From Curvularia clavata (taxonomy: Eukaryota): 64,000 bases of DNA. A program made the position numbers and the translations under genes. Numbering within the stretch: position 1 is the first letter of the stretch; each line of letters starts with the position of its first letter. The notes under the pieces were generated by a model. The model did not search any database, was not told where the DNA came from, and worked only from the letters and a program-made list of their open reading frames with translations. Location: positions 434,001-498,000 of the forward strand of contig CP089275.1 in NCBI GenBank assembly GCA_023920165.1, written 5' to 3'. Below are positions 36,801 through 50,443 of this stretch, one piece after another.

Positions 36801-39310
36801 TATGGAATGGTCCTGAGTTCATAAGGTCCAAGTCTGTTCTTTCGCGCACATACAAAAGTTTTCCGCGCCTTGACAGTTTCTTCTCGGCCATATTGGATGT
36901 GCCAAGCACGAAAATCGAAGATGTGATACAAGAGATCGAGGCAAGGCGTGATGGAGAAGAAGCTGTCGCGCTACATTTGATGCACCAGATTTATATGTAT
37001 CTGCACACGGTCGCGATTGGTGACGAAGACTGGCAGAAGATAAAGTAAGTCCTCGTTTTGAATCTCTCGAGTAATATCATATCACAGCACAAAGGTCGCC
37101 AAGTGCCCGCATATCGAGAGCAAGCTTATCTCTCTCAGACCCAGTTTAACCCAATTTCATCGATTCCATAGAGCGAAGGCATAAGCTAATAATATGACAG
37201 GAACGCATTCATCGAGAAGCAGCTAGTTCTGGGTGACAACGGGATGTGGTATACATTGTCGAACTGCCTCTGGGGCAGCCCTTTCGCCTTGAGTGGGATG
37301 CAAGACCTCTTGACAATCTATGCTGAGATGGAGAATCTTTTCGTTCGAAGACTTAAAGTCAAGAGGGCAAGTCTGAGTATGCTGATTACTGAGGTCAAAA
37401 CTATGACCGAGGCAAGACAGCCACATGTCGAGAATATAAAGACGCGCCTGATTGAAATTGGCAAGACACTGGCAAGAAACGAGATGGACAGTAGTGTTTC
37501 GAAAGCTTTATCCAAGCTCAAAGAAGTCAAGTTTTTGCCTAAAATACTGGATGACGGCACATCGGTGCTTCTAGGTGCAGAAGAAGACTTTGCCGTATCA
37601 GATCACCAACGATATGGTGATGCCTTTGCAAGCAGTAATGCATTGCTTGACTTTCGGGTTCACGAGGTCCAGAGTCTCCATCACGTCTTCAAACACATGG
37701 ACTTAACGCATCGCTATCTTTCGTCCTTGGTGAAGGAGGTTTCCGAGGTTGGTGAGAACTGCATTGAGAACGCGGTTCTGTCTCGGCAGCTTCAGGGCAG
37801 GGCATATGCATTGTACTGGTACGTCTACATTTATTTTCTATCGCAACAGTGAGCGCGTCAAATATTGTCGGCAGTCTGCATCGGAGAACACGACCTGATA
37901 TTCCATGCTGACGGAAAATAGCTGTGCTGCAAAACACAAAAGTAGCAAGGCTTTGCACGGGGATCGTGCACTTTTCGAGCAACTCACTACAATTCGCATC
38001 TATACCACGGACTGCATGGCCACGAATCTTGTACTTACTTTGGGCTCTCGTCCGATCAGAGTACCAAGTAAGCGAATCGCCATACATAGCGAGATTTCTG
38101 AAGGCATGATCAAGATATACGTCCCGAATGAGACACAACATCGTGAAACCTGCTACCGTTCACAGCTTCCACATTTGCTAACGAATATACTGAGTGTCGA
38201 TCGATCGGCCACTCTTGATATCTGGACTATCATCTCATCGAACATTGAAGACCTTGAGGATATCCTGGTTCAGCAAGACATTCCACCAGTGCCATGGATC
38301 GACAGACCTGTAATAGTAGTGCCATACATTCCAGAAGATAATAGGCCAATCACACCACCAGCGTCTCACACGAGTAGTGACTCCGAGACACCGTTTCCAC
38401 GCTCTAGACCAATAACACCTGATGCTACACCCACACATCATAGACGAGCAGTGCCGATCTTGAACACAGGATATATTGCGGCTGGAACTTCACCTCCAGA
38501 TTATCCTGCACTCATAGAGCAAGTCGTACGAAGTGCACAAAGAGCTGGTCGCATGCGCCACAATACTGAAGATGTGGCTGATCAAATACCATTTGCCGAT
38601 CGAGCTCGAGAGTTTGATCACTATGCGACTTTTGGTTCCCGAGAGAGAGATCCTTTCGCACATGATAGACGTATCGGTGCTGCAGGCGAAGGCTATGTAC
38701 GTCCATCATCCCTACCAAGCTTAACTTTCTGACGTGTAATCAGGTGTTCGAACTGCTGAACTGCATCAATCTGCCCAACTTTTCAGAATCAAATTGGCGC
38801 AGCACCATTCGCGGCGAGCTTTCATGCTCAACGCGCTTCGCAGATATAGAAAACTGGATAGGTCGCGAAACAGCAGATATTGTGTACAAGGACGAATCTG
38901 GGCAGTTTACACAGTACCTTCGTGAGCATTCTGAAGGCCCCTTCCCAAATCAGATTGGCGAAGACAGGAATTTTCAGACGCATCCTATCGAGTATTTCCT
39001 TGAGGTGAAGACCACGACTGGAGATTGTAGGACGAGGTTCTACATGAGCTCGGGGCAGTATAAACGGGTACGTTAATATCTCCCACAAGAACAAAACCGC
39101 TTAGTCCAACGAGATGCTAACACTTGCCTCTAGATGGAGACCATGGCGCTTGGAAATTTTGAGCAGTGTCCTAGCAAAGTATATGTCGTCATGAGAGTGT
39201 ACAATTTGATGTCACGAGAGGTAGGGCTGAACATCTTTGTTGATGCTCTGCGGTTCAAAAACACAAAATTGAACTTTGAGGCGGAGCAGTGGTTCGTTAA
39301 CACGCTGTAA
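33889..39310 (+). CDS. Sacsin-type GHKL ATPase with a C-terminal NOV/DUF3883-like PD-(D/E)xK nuclease domain, multi-exon
   Basis: N-terminal LYELIQNADD and IGEKGFGFKSVF; C-terminal IGAAGEGY-VFE..ADI..YFLEVKTT..FYMSSGQ. ORFs are linked by GT-AG introns; the start is uncertain. Confidence 0.8.
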
Positions 39311-39819
39311 CTTGAGCATGAGCCATGCAAGTTGAGCAAGCCCTTGGATGGATATTGTGGGGATATGTATGACATTCTGAGGTCTTACCGACGCGGCAAT
39401 CATGTACATAAGTCTGCTGGCAGACCTAAGTCTTTACATGCCCCTCTTCAGGTAACAGCACGGCTACTCGGTGGTTCTTTCGCAAGTTCCTGATATTTCT
39501 ATTGTACTACTATTCCATCACATGCGTAGCCTCGCTCCTTTGTAATTGCATGTCTGAATGAGTTTCCGGAATGTCAAGTAACTACTACGGCTGTGATGCC
39601 TCACTTTCGCTAGCTTGTTCCTCCACTACTTTCTTCTGATTAACCTTCCTTTAGCCGCTCTTTCTTGTCTATGCATGGACATTGTTAACGATTGCAACGA
39701 TCACGGACGACAGGCTAAATGATATGGTTTAACGAGAACAGGATTTTCGATGATCGTCTTTGTAGACCTGTCTTGCCAGCTCACGTTGAGCCACCGATTC
39801 AAAACGCACAAAAGAAAAA

Positions 39820-40005
39820 CTCCCTAGCGGTAGAATGAGCGCCAGGCTCCCGGACCCATTAATCACTTGATAGGTACAAACAATAATACGATTTCATTGT
39901 GCTCTCTGCTACCATATCTATTGATGCTTATATTCAAGATTACGAATACCTATTTGTTTTCCTACTTTCTAGATAGTAATCTAAGGGGGGTTTTCAGTTC
40001 TCAAG
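39820..40005 (-). repeat. R3: decayed arm + 5'-truncated tRNA-Asp copy
   Basis: Collinear with R1 on the + strand: tgtgctctctgc, ttacgaatacct, tttcctact and agtaa match, with the same 25-nt spacer. Degenerate tRNA body plus terminator. Confidence 0.75.
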
Positions 40006-40706
40006 TACACTAGTTTAGAGGTAACTCGTGTTTCACCTATTATGTATTCGCAGCCTTAGTTAATTAGTGATACTTATCGGCTCCAAGCAGCACCATAGCG
40101 TTATAAGGGGCTGCGTTCAGTTTTCTCTTACCAGGAGACTGCATTGATAACAATCCACATGCCTAGAAGCCAACGAGCTCAAGTGATATGATCGATATCA
40201 TATAACTATGGTTACGTACAAGGCAAGCAAGAAGATGAGAGTCAAACCTCTTGCATGACGGCTCTCTTCTTTATGAGTCTTCCTTTTGCACCTCTTGAAC
40301 CTAGCTCTACTAGCCCTGCTAGTCGTACGGGAAGTTGAAGAGCAACACGATCTATTCAAATGACTGTATCACATAATCTAGTCAGCGATCTTCCTGGTAG
40401 TGACCATTGATGGAGCTGTCTGCACATGTGACCTATATACTCAATTTTCATTCAATATTTACCTCAGTATCTTAATCTTCCTACTCTTAGCTGGCCAATT
40501 TACAAGTGGATTGTGAAAGATTATTTGAATGCCTTGAATTCTGGAAGCAAATTCTATTGATGCGCTATAACTACAACTGATTGTCCGGCTATGTGGTAGA
40601 TGCACGTAGCTAGCTTCGTAGAGTGGATAGTGTTCATGCGCAAACTGCAGATGGCACCTTCAATGACTATACGAAAGCGATTAGGTACGTATTCAACTAC
40701 ATCTAC

Positions 40707-42500
40707 CTACTCAAACTTCAAAGCTTCCAAATCAATCTCTGCTTCTCTTTTCCTGTACCTCAAAGTACTCTTAGGGTTTAACATGTAGTTGATTCCAAAC
40801 TTAGTTGGCTCAAGAGTTGTTCCAGGAGCCAATTCCCAATCATATTTGAGAAGAAGAAAACAGAGCGCAATCTTGGTCTCATTAGCAGCAAAGAAACGAC
40901 CGGGGCAGGAATGCATTCCGTGGCCAAAATCTAAGTGCTCCGGACTCGTGCTAACAAAGTGTGCTTTGTTAGCAAACTCGGGCGTTTCTCGCAAGCGCAC
41001 CCAACGGTATATGTCGAACTTCTCTGGGTTCTCAAATAGGTTTGGTTGCGACTCTCGGGCGCCATCTACCATGACATACTGTCCTTTGCGGATGGTTATG
41101 TTCTCTTCAGGTAGGTGTACATCTTTCGTTGCGATCCGACGCATGGCCACTTAAAACACGTCGTTAATGGAATGGGCCTATACAATAACATACGCAAGGA
41201 CTTACATCTTTCGTTAGGCAAAAATCTCTGTGCTTCCTTCATTGTGCTGTCTAACAGCTTCATGTTGTATAATGAGGATTTGCTCCATCCATCCTTTTTC
41301 AGGACACGAACAATTTCTTCCCGGAGGGGGTCCATTAGCTGAGGTTCTCTAGCCAAGAGCAACATGATCTTTGTCAAAAGGTCCGATGTGGTGTGTATAG
41401 CAGCAAACGATAGAAGAAGTTGCAGTGAGGCAGGATCATAGCTGATGCCTTTGCATTCCGCTTCGCCCCATTCAATGGCATCATTGAACTTTGGAACCGG
41501 TTTCCCTGCCTTGCGTGCTTGTTCCTTCAGTAAACGACGCTCCTCGATTACGGGCTTGACCAGCTCCTGAGAGCGCTGCAGTTGCTCACGAACAGTTCTG
41601 CATTCTTTAGAGAAGATGGGAACGAGGAACCGAAGGTAAGGGGGCACGAGCGTCAATCTGAATGCCGCTTGGAACATGTTCACAGTATATTCCTTCGTGG
41701 CCTTAAGCCAATCGTCGTTGCGACAAAGTCTGTCGCCCAGGAAGACGCGTGACGAAAGACGTGCGATGATGCTCAGCATAGAGTCCAAAATGAAGGTTTC
41801 TTGCCAATCTACTTTAGATTAGACAATTTTGATCACTAAATGACTACTTGAATCTAAACTCTTACCAGTGGGGTTACCCAAGACGAGCTCAGTTGCGAAG
41901 ATAGCTTCGGAAGCCAGGGGCTCAGTAACAGTATCTAGACAGACGGATTGTAAGCCACATAATGCAATGAATATTTCCTTGATATCAAACTTACTGAGTA
42001 GTTTTGTGAGTGGTTTCCTAACAAGATTTTGTATTACCTGTCCCTGATGCCCCATAACTCCCATAGGTGTAAATCCTGAAACGTGGGAGTGGAAGTCCTG
42101 GACAATTAACATTTTCTGCCTCATGAAGAGACTTGACAGAGCCTACCTGCTCGACAGCTTCCGCAAAGCTTAGACCTGCTTCGTTCCGGATAGCATTCAC
42201 ACAGCGTGATGGGAGGACAATCATTTCTCCATTATTGTTGATTATTCGGAACGCTCTGTCGGGAAACCTCTTCCGGGCATCATCTAAGATATCCATGCCG
42301 TGTTGTACAGCGTCTGATTGCCTTGCAGTCGTCGGAGAAAACCATGACGGAGGGTTCGCATGAGGGAGCTTGCTGTTTCTTTGACGTAGAATAAGTATCG
42401 CAATCACAGCCGCAAGCAATATCGGAGTGGTAACAGGATTAAGGATAAGTGGAGGCAGGCTGGTAGGAAATAGGCCAGTTGAAGATTCCAAGGTCTCCAT
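40707..42500 (-). CDS. Cytochrome P450 (CYP68/ent-kaurene oxidase-like clan)
   Basis: I-helix FAAIHTT, EAQR (ExxR), PEKFD, heme motif FGHGMHSCPG and an N-terminal TM; multi-exon. Confidence 0.9.
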
Positions 42501-45261
42501 CACTTCAATCGACTAAAGTGTCCAGATGGTTGCTTGTACAAAAGATAGTGTTCATGTAGGTGAAGATTCGAAGCTGGTTGATGAACAATGAATCCAAATA
42601 TATGAGAGATGTGATGGGATTTATCTATCTCTGCATCAACTCAAAGTCTTCGGTTCGGGTCGATACTGCATCCGACTCGCCTTACAAGTTCGTATTATTA
42701 CGTCTTGTCTTCTGCACGTTATATTTTCTGTGATCAAGTGGCTAGAAACTTATTCCGGATACCGAGATCCACTCTGTTCCAAGTAAATGCATTTCCTAGA
42801 AGAAACATTCACAATTGAGCTTCTCTCTAGGCTAAATCACGACCAGCAAAGAGCACTTGGGGCATATTGTTCTTTTCATTTGTTCTCTATGAAACACGAT
42901 CCTGTCTGACCACCTCTTCTATGCTGGTTTTAACTCAAGTCAGCTTACATGGTCCACCAAAATGCAACAGTAGATGAATTCTTTCATCCGTGTAGGTGAC
43001 AAATACCGGAAATCTTTTAGCCACAGTGGAACTGGCACAAATGACGCCCAACTATGCGTTAACGACCAAACGCTTAAGCTAGACATGAAGATCAACTTCT
43101 ACTTGAGACGCTAAGGCGCATGCCACACTATATTCGGGTCGGCTGATGCAAGCCATCCGTCTTGGCTATTGTCATCAAGATTCGTACTCGCATGGCGATG
43201 TTCCGATAGGAGGAATGCTGCAGCGAGTCATGGCCCTGTTTGGCTAGTTCAACCGGAACACGGAACCGTCAACAGCCGCTTGCCTCTTCGTTTTCAGTGG
43301 GTTGGTCTGCATTGTCCTTTTCACTTTTTATTTGCTCGTAATTGCAACCCTCCAGATGGCTCCTGACGTAAAACGGCTACGAGCACCGCATCCGGCCGGT
43401 AACATGCAGATGCTGTTCACAATGGCTGAGCGGGCCGCGCGGGAGGCGCAAACCTTAGAGTTAGAGTTACTACTATCCTGTATTTTGTGCAGTGATGACC
43501 GGAGATGCAGTCCGGAATTTGTACGTTCCGGTGACACAAGCGGTATTCCGCGGCAGTAGCGTGTTGAGATATCTGCGTGTCGTGCGCACCGCAGGCTGTG
43601 GCTAGGATCTGTGGTTTCGCCTAATCACCTGACCTTGGATAGAGCGGGCAGGCAGGTTGTCCGCAACTGCTACCCTTTGTGTTGCCAACTGCCACGCTAC
43701 AAACTTGCTTGAATTGGCTTTTTCCCACTCCGAGTAAGTCTGCCGATGGTGTGTGCGTCCAAGCTCTTTGCTGGATCGATTGAAACTAACGTTAAGTGGC
43801 CGCATCATTGATAGCAACCTACTTTATCTATCACGTTAAAGCTCGGGTTCAGGTAATGAAGGGAAATGCTGTTGAATATAATTGCAAAATGAATCATGGT
43901 AATTTTATGTTTACTGCTCTTCGCGTACGTCACCTTGCGAGCTGTCCAGTGTCTTGAAATACGATTGTGTATTGGGATGTTGCTCACCAATGACTTTCGG
44001 AAGCGACTGAACGCATATCCCAGTCAAAGAAACAGCGCAAATATGACGGAATTGTGACCAGGGTGTATAGCTAAGACTGTGCATGCTGGAAAACCTTTCA
44101 GAATGCTCATTGCCTAGTACATATTCTCTTGATTGTCTGCACCTTTTTTGCCTCAAGCTCTTCAATCGCCCTGTATTAAACATAGCTTTATAGAGCCGTG
44201 GCACAATTTCGTACAAGATCTAGCCTCCCCTCATCGTCATCTCTCTGGGTATCCGACAGGCGTACCGTGTTGCCGAAGCAGTCGCCTCCATGTACTTCTG
44301 TTACTGTGATCGCCGTTGTGGAAAATCTAGAGTAGCTATGTGGTTTTGTTTTGAAATGGATCCTCGAGTCTCTCCTCAGCCTCTATACTCTTTTGTATAC
44401 TGATTGAGCACCTCGATGGTATCTTCGTGTGTTTGCGGTGATGTTGCTTATAAGAATTCGAGCAGAATGTTCTTTCGATCTAAGTATGCAGCGCTAAACT
44501 GATAGTCCGAGCGTTGCTGTGGCGCAGTTGGCTCACAGAGAGAGGCAGGATAGCAGCCACAGCGTCCCTCAGACCAGGTTCTTACAGTTTGCATCCACGT
44601 GGGTCATCACTAAACTCGAGAGCTGCTCCTCTGTGCTCGACTAGCTGTGCTCTGTTAGCTGTGCTCGGTACTGGTGCACCATTATATGACTAGCGTTTAT
44701 GCACGCTGCTGCTTGCATGACTGCTAAAGGCAAATGAGATAGCTCGGTTAGCAAGTGGAGTGTAGGTGGCCAGTGCTTGCGACAGTTTAGTCAATGTGAT
44801 GCCTTGCACTAGTAAATCTCAGTCCTTTTTAGTGAAAAAAGTTGCATTAACTGAACAATTGCACGCACTGACTTCTTGGATGTACTGTGACGTTTTGCTG
44901 TCGATAATTTGAAAGCGGCATTGTTAAGCAATTTTGTAGCATCCTCAACGCCGTACCTGGCGTCGGCTCGTGCAGCGCTATCACATTTTATGCAACGTGA
45001 ACCTCAATTGTGTCGCATTCTGTTTTTGTGAGAATGAAGAAACATAGCTTAGAGAGTGGCAGAAAGCCGGAAACCTGCAGCTTTCCTTCCCGCTGAATAG
45101 GGCCCGAGATAATTTAGAGTTAAGAATATGGGTGTGTATATGTGTGACACGGGCTCAATTGCAAGCCAGTCATCTGCGAAGAAAGCAACCAGCAAATTTA
45201 CAATACACATTTCTACCCATATTACATTATCTGCTACGTGTGAACAAAAGTAAAGAAGTAG

Positions 45262-46684
45262 CTACATGCTCTCAACATTCTTCAATCCCGCTTCTGTAAT
45301 TCCCATCATAACTTCAGACTCGAACAAGAAAGCTAGGAATGGTTCCGTTGCAATCTTCTTTGGCTTGAACTCTTTCGTTCTCTCTTCCTCATGCTCCTTT
45401 TTAGTAGACCCGTGTGGCGTCATTGGTCGAGTCATCATTGCGCCAAATGGCTTGAATACAAGGTCTCCACTTGGATCTGCCTCTTTCATAATCATGCCAA
45501 TAAATTCGCTCATGGTGTTCATATGGAATGGTGGCAGCCAGTATGTGTCTTCCATAACCTGCCAGCGTGGAGGAAAGACTGCAAAGTCGACCAAGGCAGT
45601 CCCTGGCTCTCGATATGAGGGTGCGGTAAGAACCGTAAAGATGGATGGATCAGGGTGGTCGTAAAGGAGGCTCCCAATAACATTGAAGCGTCCCAAATCG
45701 TACTTGTACGGATAATATGTACCATGCCACGCTGCAACATCAAATGGCGTTTGGCCCTGGGTACAGGAGAATAGCTTGCCGTTGAACTTCCTAATTACGG
45801 TCCAGTCGACAGCCTCACAGGTTGCCACACCGTCGCTGACGGTGCCGTCGAAAATAGCCTTCGGAACCTGAAAATCGCGTGGATTCGCAAGTCCGGATGA
45901 ACCCAGTGTACCAAGTTCAGGCAGCTGGTAGTGGCCATGGAACAGTTCGCAAATATAACCACGGGCAGGTCCGCCTACCAGATTGACTTGGTACTTGACC
46001 CCTCGAGGGATTACCGCAATTTCACATGGTCTATGCAAGGTGAGCATTATGAGTCGTGGCAAGAATGAGATTCCGAGAAGCAGTCATGCGTACCTTAGCA
46101 GAATGTTGCCAAACTCAGTATGAATATCCAACGCTCCTGATTGTGGCACGATAAGATAGTCTCCGTCAGATGAGAGGAAGGCGGAATTCGGAGGCATGTG
46201 TTTTGTAGCAGCATACACAGAGTACGCTAAACCAGTTTTGATAGCGATATCTCCTGACTGACAAATAACCTTCTGAGAAGTAACCCAGTCATAGCCAGGC
46301 TCCATCCCGAAATCTTTCCATGTGAGATAATTTGGGTCATAGATCAGAGGCCCCTCCTTTTCACCTGCGGAGGTGAGTTCACTCGAATACGGAACATACT
46401 TTCCACGGTTGAGTGAGGCCGACACGCGGTATAACCAAGTCTGGCTGCTAGCTGCCCGGGGACTTGCGAAAGCGCTGCCTGACAGAGACTCGGTGACCAA
46501 CTTATATGGGCCGACCTGGGGGTTGTTCTGCGCAATCGGATTGGCGCCAGGAAGAGCTTCAGATCTGTTTTCCAGCCATTTAATTTCGACTAGTAGAACA
46601 TTGGTAATATACTTACTGATGGTAGTCCCGCAATCCATCCAAGTACGTATACTTCTCTTCTATGGTGAAAGTTGTGGTGGGCAT
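45262..46684 (-). CDS. hmgA: Homogentisate 1,2-dioxygenase-family protein (divergent)
   Basis: MPTTTF..YTYLDG..YH-SEALPGA, DGDYLIVPQ, VIPRG, FDVAAWHG and DHPDPSIFTVLT; Fe-ligand motifs FHMNTMSE and MTPHG; two introns. Confidence 0.85.
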
Positions 46685-47099
46685 GATGGTGATATTTCCT
46701 TACTGTGAGGAAATCAGTATGCACCCTGGCACCCTATCCTTGAGGACTGATGTATAGACTCACTCTTAGAAAAAACTTGGTGAATGATGAATGAATTGTG
46801 AGGTCTCCAACACGAGGAACATGCAATTTTTATACATGGCCGGTATTCTCTCTAGATCTAATGCTTATGCAAGAGTAGATGTGTAATCTGGTTCGGCTGT
46901 GGAAGCTGTCGTTGCTGACTCTACGGAGGTGCCTTCGAAAAGTCCTTGCCTAACTTGACGAGCAGGGGGATTGCGAGCTATTCCTAATTCGGAACCAACC
47001 TCCGGCAGCTCCAGCTCTAGTCTCCTAAGCCGCCTACCCTCCTTCGATCCGTTGCCACCTTTAAGTTTAATAATTTGTTTAACATGAACTGGAGTTCTC

Positions 47100-48450
47100 T
47101 CAATCTAGACCTAAATCTCCTCTGAAGATAGGTCTCTCCAGCACTACTCTCAAGTTCGAATTCCCCCTACTATACTCTTTGGTGCCATCTTCTGCGTTGT
47201 AGCTATTTCCATCATCGGCCAGCGAGGCTCAACAGGATTAAGGTTAGGAGAGTTGCTACACCGGAATAGCCTTTCAAGACTAGAGAGGCTATATATATAC
47301 AGTATTGAGCGTAGTAGTCTTAAACAGGCAGCCTGTATTCTTATATGACTATCTTAGAACATTTAGCTGTACATTTCTTCATAGAAGAGGATAGGCTTAG
47401 AAGCAAAATATTGGTCTAATACCTATACTAGTTGATGCTAAAGCCCCTGCTTCTACTGAGCTTTCCAATCTTCTTATTCTATTGAGGTTGTCAGCCAGAC
47501 TTATTGCGAAGGTCAAGACATCGCATACTACTCTTGAGCTCTGAGTTAGGCAACTTGATTCGTTTAGCAGCAGCCTCTTTCTCTTACTTCATTCCAGGTA
47601 GCTAGTAGTGACAAGGCACCTTCTTGTCATACAAGAAGCACCCCTAGAACATGACTCAAAATAGCTCTTTTATTGCTTACGAATCCAGGTTCATACAAAG
47701 GCCTCATCTGCTTTTTTCCAAACTTGATATCCATCAGGGCCATGGTCAAGAATAATAGATGATTCATCTAACTAGACTACATTTTCCCAGTCCTCTAGTA
47801 TCCAGTGCTCATGATTGCGGCACAACTTATAGCGGCCATTCTCCGTCTTCTTCGTCAGTTCAGGTTTCCTCCTTGGTTGGTCTTCTTGGAATCTGCTTTC
47901 TCAAGAACCCGCCATACTATTGATACTGAGATATGGAACTTTTCTAGGCTAAGAGCGCCAGCAATGTCAGCACATGAATTCCCTTGCCCATATCTAGCAG
48001 TTCATACGGTATCAGCTACCTTTTCTAGGACTCTGGCGTGCTTAGGTGGCCGACCGGATCGAAGGGCATCCTCAAGATGTATATCTAGAAGCTTCATTGG
48101 CCGCTCGAATGGTTCAAAACCTCGTTCAATTGCCCGAGCGTAGATGGAGTTCACCGTCCGCGTTGGCATCCCAGAGATAGCAGAAACCTCTTTACTCGAT
48201 TTTCCAGTAGCTTTGAGACAAACGACTAGAGCACGCATAGAGTTCTCTTAGGGGGCCATAGTATCAAGGCTTTTATAATATATTGCACAGAGATACAGTG
48301 CTATGGCCGCAGTGGCCCAAGGAAAGTAACCGAAGTGAGGGCAACACAGTAGTGTACATGATGATTGCTATCAGGACTATGGAGCAAGTAAGTATCGTAG
48401 ATCTGAGATATGGCGCTAGTCCCAAAGGGGAAAATAGCCTGGCTGTGCTA
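47100..48450 (-). mobile_element. Degenerate Tc1/mariner transposon
   Basis: HTH segment ending RSGRPPK (48002-48238); NSPNLNPVEPRW (SPDLNPIE-like) near 47220-47255; many stops; ends approximate. Confidence 0.7.
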
Positions 48451-49977
48451 TAACATACAGCACGAAGTTAGAAACAAGAACCGCGTTAGTTCGGGGATGC
48501 TTCCCAATCTGGTTGACGCTGCGAACCCCTGCTCGCTGATTTTGGCAAAAACTTTTGAAAAGCACCTCCGTAGTTCAGTTCCGACTTCGCTCTTCAGCTA
48601 TGTCCGGCGGACCGAGCGCGAAGAACCAAGTAAAATATATTATGGCCGCTCGAGGTGGCTCCCACTTTCAATTAGCGTCTTGGCCGACGATCGCTTGGCG
48701 ACACTCAGCCAGTTGGCATTGTGCACATGGTTCATCTAAAACATAATCTTACCCTACCTGACGTTCTTGCATGAACATCAAGCACATGGCAGATTTCGGT
48801 ATCGAAATGCTCTAATGTATTGTTGCAATGCGTGGAGTAGGTTACGGGAGCACCCCTACGACAAAAATGACCGGTCACGAGTACAGGCCCCCAACCACCA
48901 TAATACTATCCTCAACTTTACACCACGTCTTTTTTTAAAAGCAAAAAAGAATAATAATTAACTAAATAGCTCTCAAGGCTTATAGCTGCTATCTCAGAAA
49001 GGTGCAATTAAGAATACTAAAGCGTTCGTGGTGTTTTAAGCCAAAATAGCAGATTTTCAACGTTTTTAGAGCGGACATTTTTGATGTCATAGGGGTGGCA
49101 GAGGGAGGCGATGGACAAGTAACAGCCAGTGCCTGCAGACCGGTATTGGTTGTGAGATTATCTCAGATCGCCGTACAGTTTGCCACTGAGGTGGGCATGC
49201 ACAAGGAAAGCTATCGAAACCTTCCTCGGCTGGTATAAGGTACTACTGCTGCTGTGCTTTCTGCACTCTAGTCTTTCTCCCATTTTCACGGTGATATTCG
49301 GTGGATGCAGGAACTTCGTCTCGTGTCCAGATCAGATGGCGCACATCAAAATCCCATGCGCTGTACCAGTTCCGTCAGTGCGTTTTTGACCAAGTCTCTG
49401 CCCTCTCTGCTCTGCATCATCGTTGGACAGTTGCTGTGTTCGCTGAAAGTACACTCGCGCTGAATCGTGTACAGCCTTCCGAGAGTGCCGATGCGGCCAT
49501 GTCAGCTACTGTGCTCTAGCTCTTGCTGCCTGACGCCACGTACCGCGAAACTGTCAAGCTAATGGGGCAGATCTACAAACTTTGTTAATGTGACCTCTTG
49601 CATGGCTCTTTGCAACTTCGGCGAGCACGACTAGGGTAGACAGGAAACGGCTGCTTACACAACTAGGATAAGAGCTATCTGAGGCCAGGTTAACGGAGGC
49701 CCTAGTTCTCAGCTACAGCATGCGCTACCCTTCGCAAACATCTCAGCATGCTACTAGCGCTTTTATGTCGCTTAAGACGCATAGATAATTGGATAGTTAA
49801 TTTAATAATAATATGTCCGTGTTAAAGCGCATTGAACATAATCTGAGCTTCTGGAACAAAAGTGTCCAGCTACACCGGCTACTCCGGCTGGCTAGGATTG
49901 GCGTTATATATTGTAGACAAGCACCAGGTGTCATCGCTCAGCAACAACCGCCTGTCTCAATCAATGCCAGGTAGCCA

Positions 49978-50063
49978 TCTGTAGTAGTATAGTGATCAGT
50001 GTTTCTACTTGTCAAGCAATCGACACATGGCGGGAGACCGGGGTCTAATTCCCCGCTGGGGAG
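49978..50063 (+). pseudogene. T2: full-length tRNA-Asp(GTC) pseudogene
   Basis: 86 nt collinear with T1, including the intron and native 5' end (TCTGTAGTAGTATAG). The D-loop GG>GA, broken anticodon stem and T-loop TTC>TCT suggest it is non-functional. Confidence 0.85.
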
Positions 50064-50443
50064 CTCAAATTGATTTTTTATTCGGTGACTTGATGTTCGC
50101 ATCATCTCAGGACTCACCCAAGCGGCGTCTTTTTTTTTCTGCCTCAGCTGAAAAGCGATGACAGCCGGTCCGAACCCAGCCCCATGCTGTCTGATCGATA
50201 CCAGTTGGTTTCGTGGCTGCACGAAAGGGTGGAGGCGCAGCCACAGCTACTAGTGTAGCTGCTGCGCCGCCCCCCACCTCCCAGGCTTCTACTAAGCATA
50301 ATACCTCGCTCTTCGGTACCGTTTCTGAAAAGAAAAAAGAACGAAACTCCTGCTCGAAAATTGTAGATATACTGGCTTACTCAATCGATACGCGTTTCTT
50401 ACATTGCGCTGGTGATACTCTAGACCCAGGCCTCCAAGCTGCC

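Noticed and set aside
43100..44700. Several short ORFs between the P450 and hmgA
   Set aside because: There is no domain evidence.
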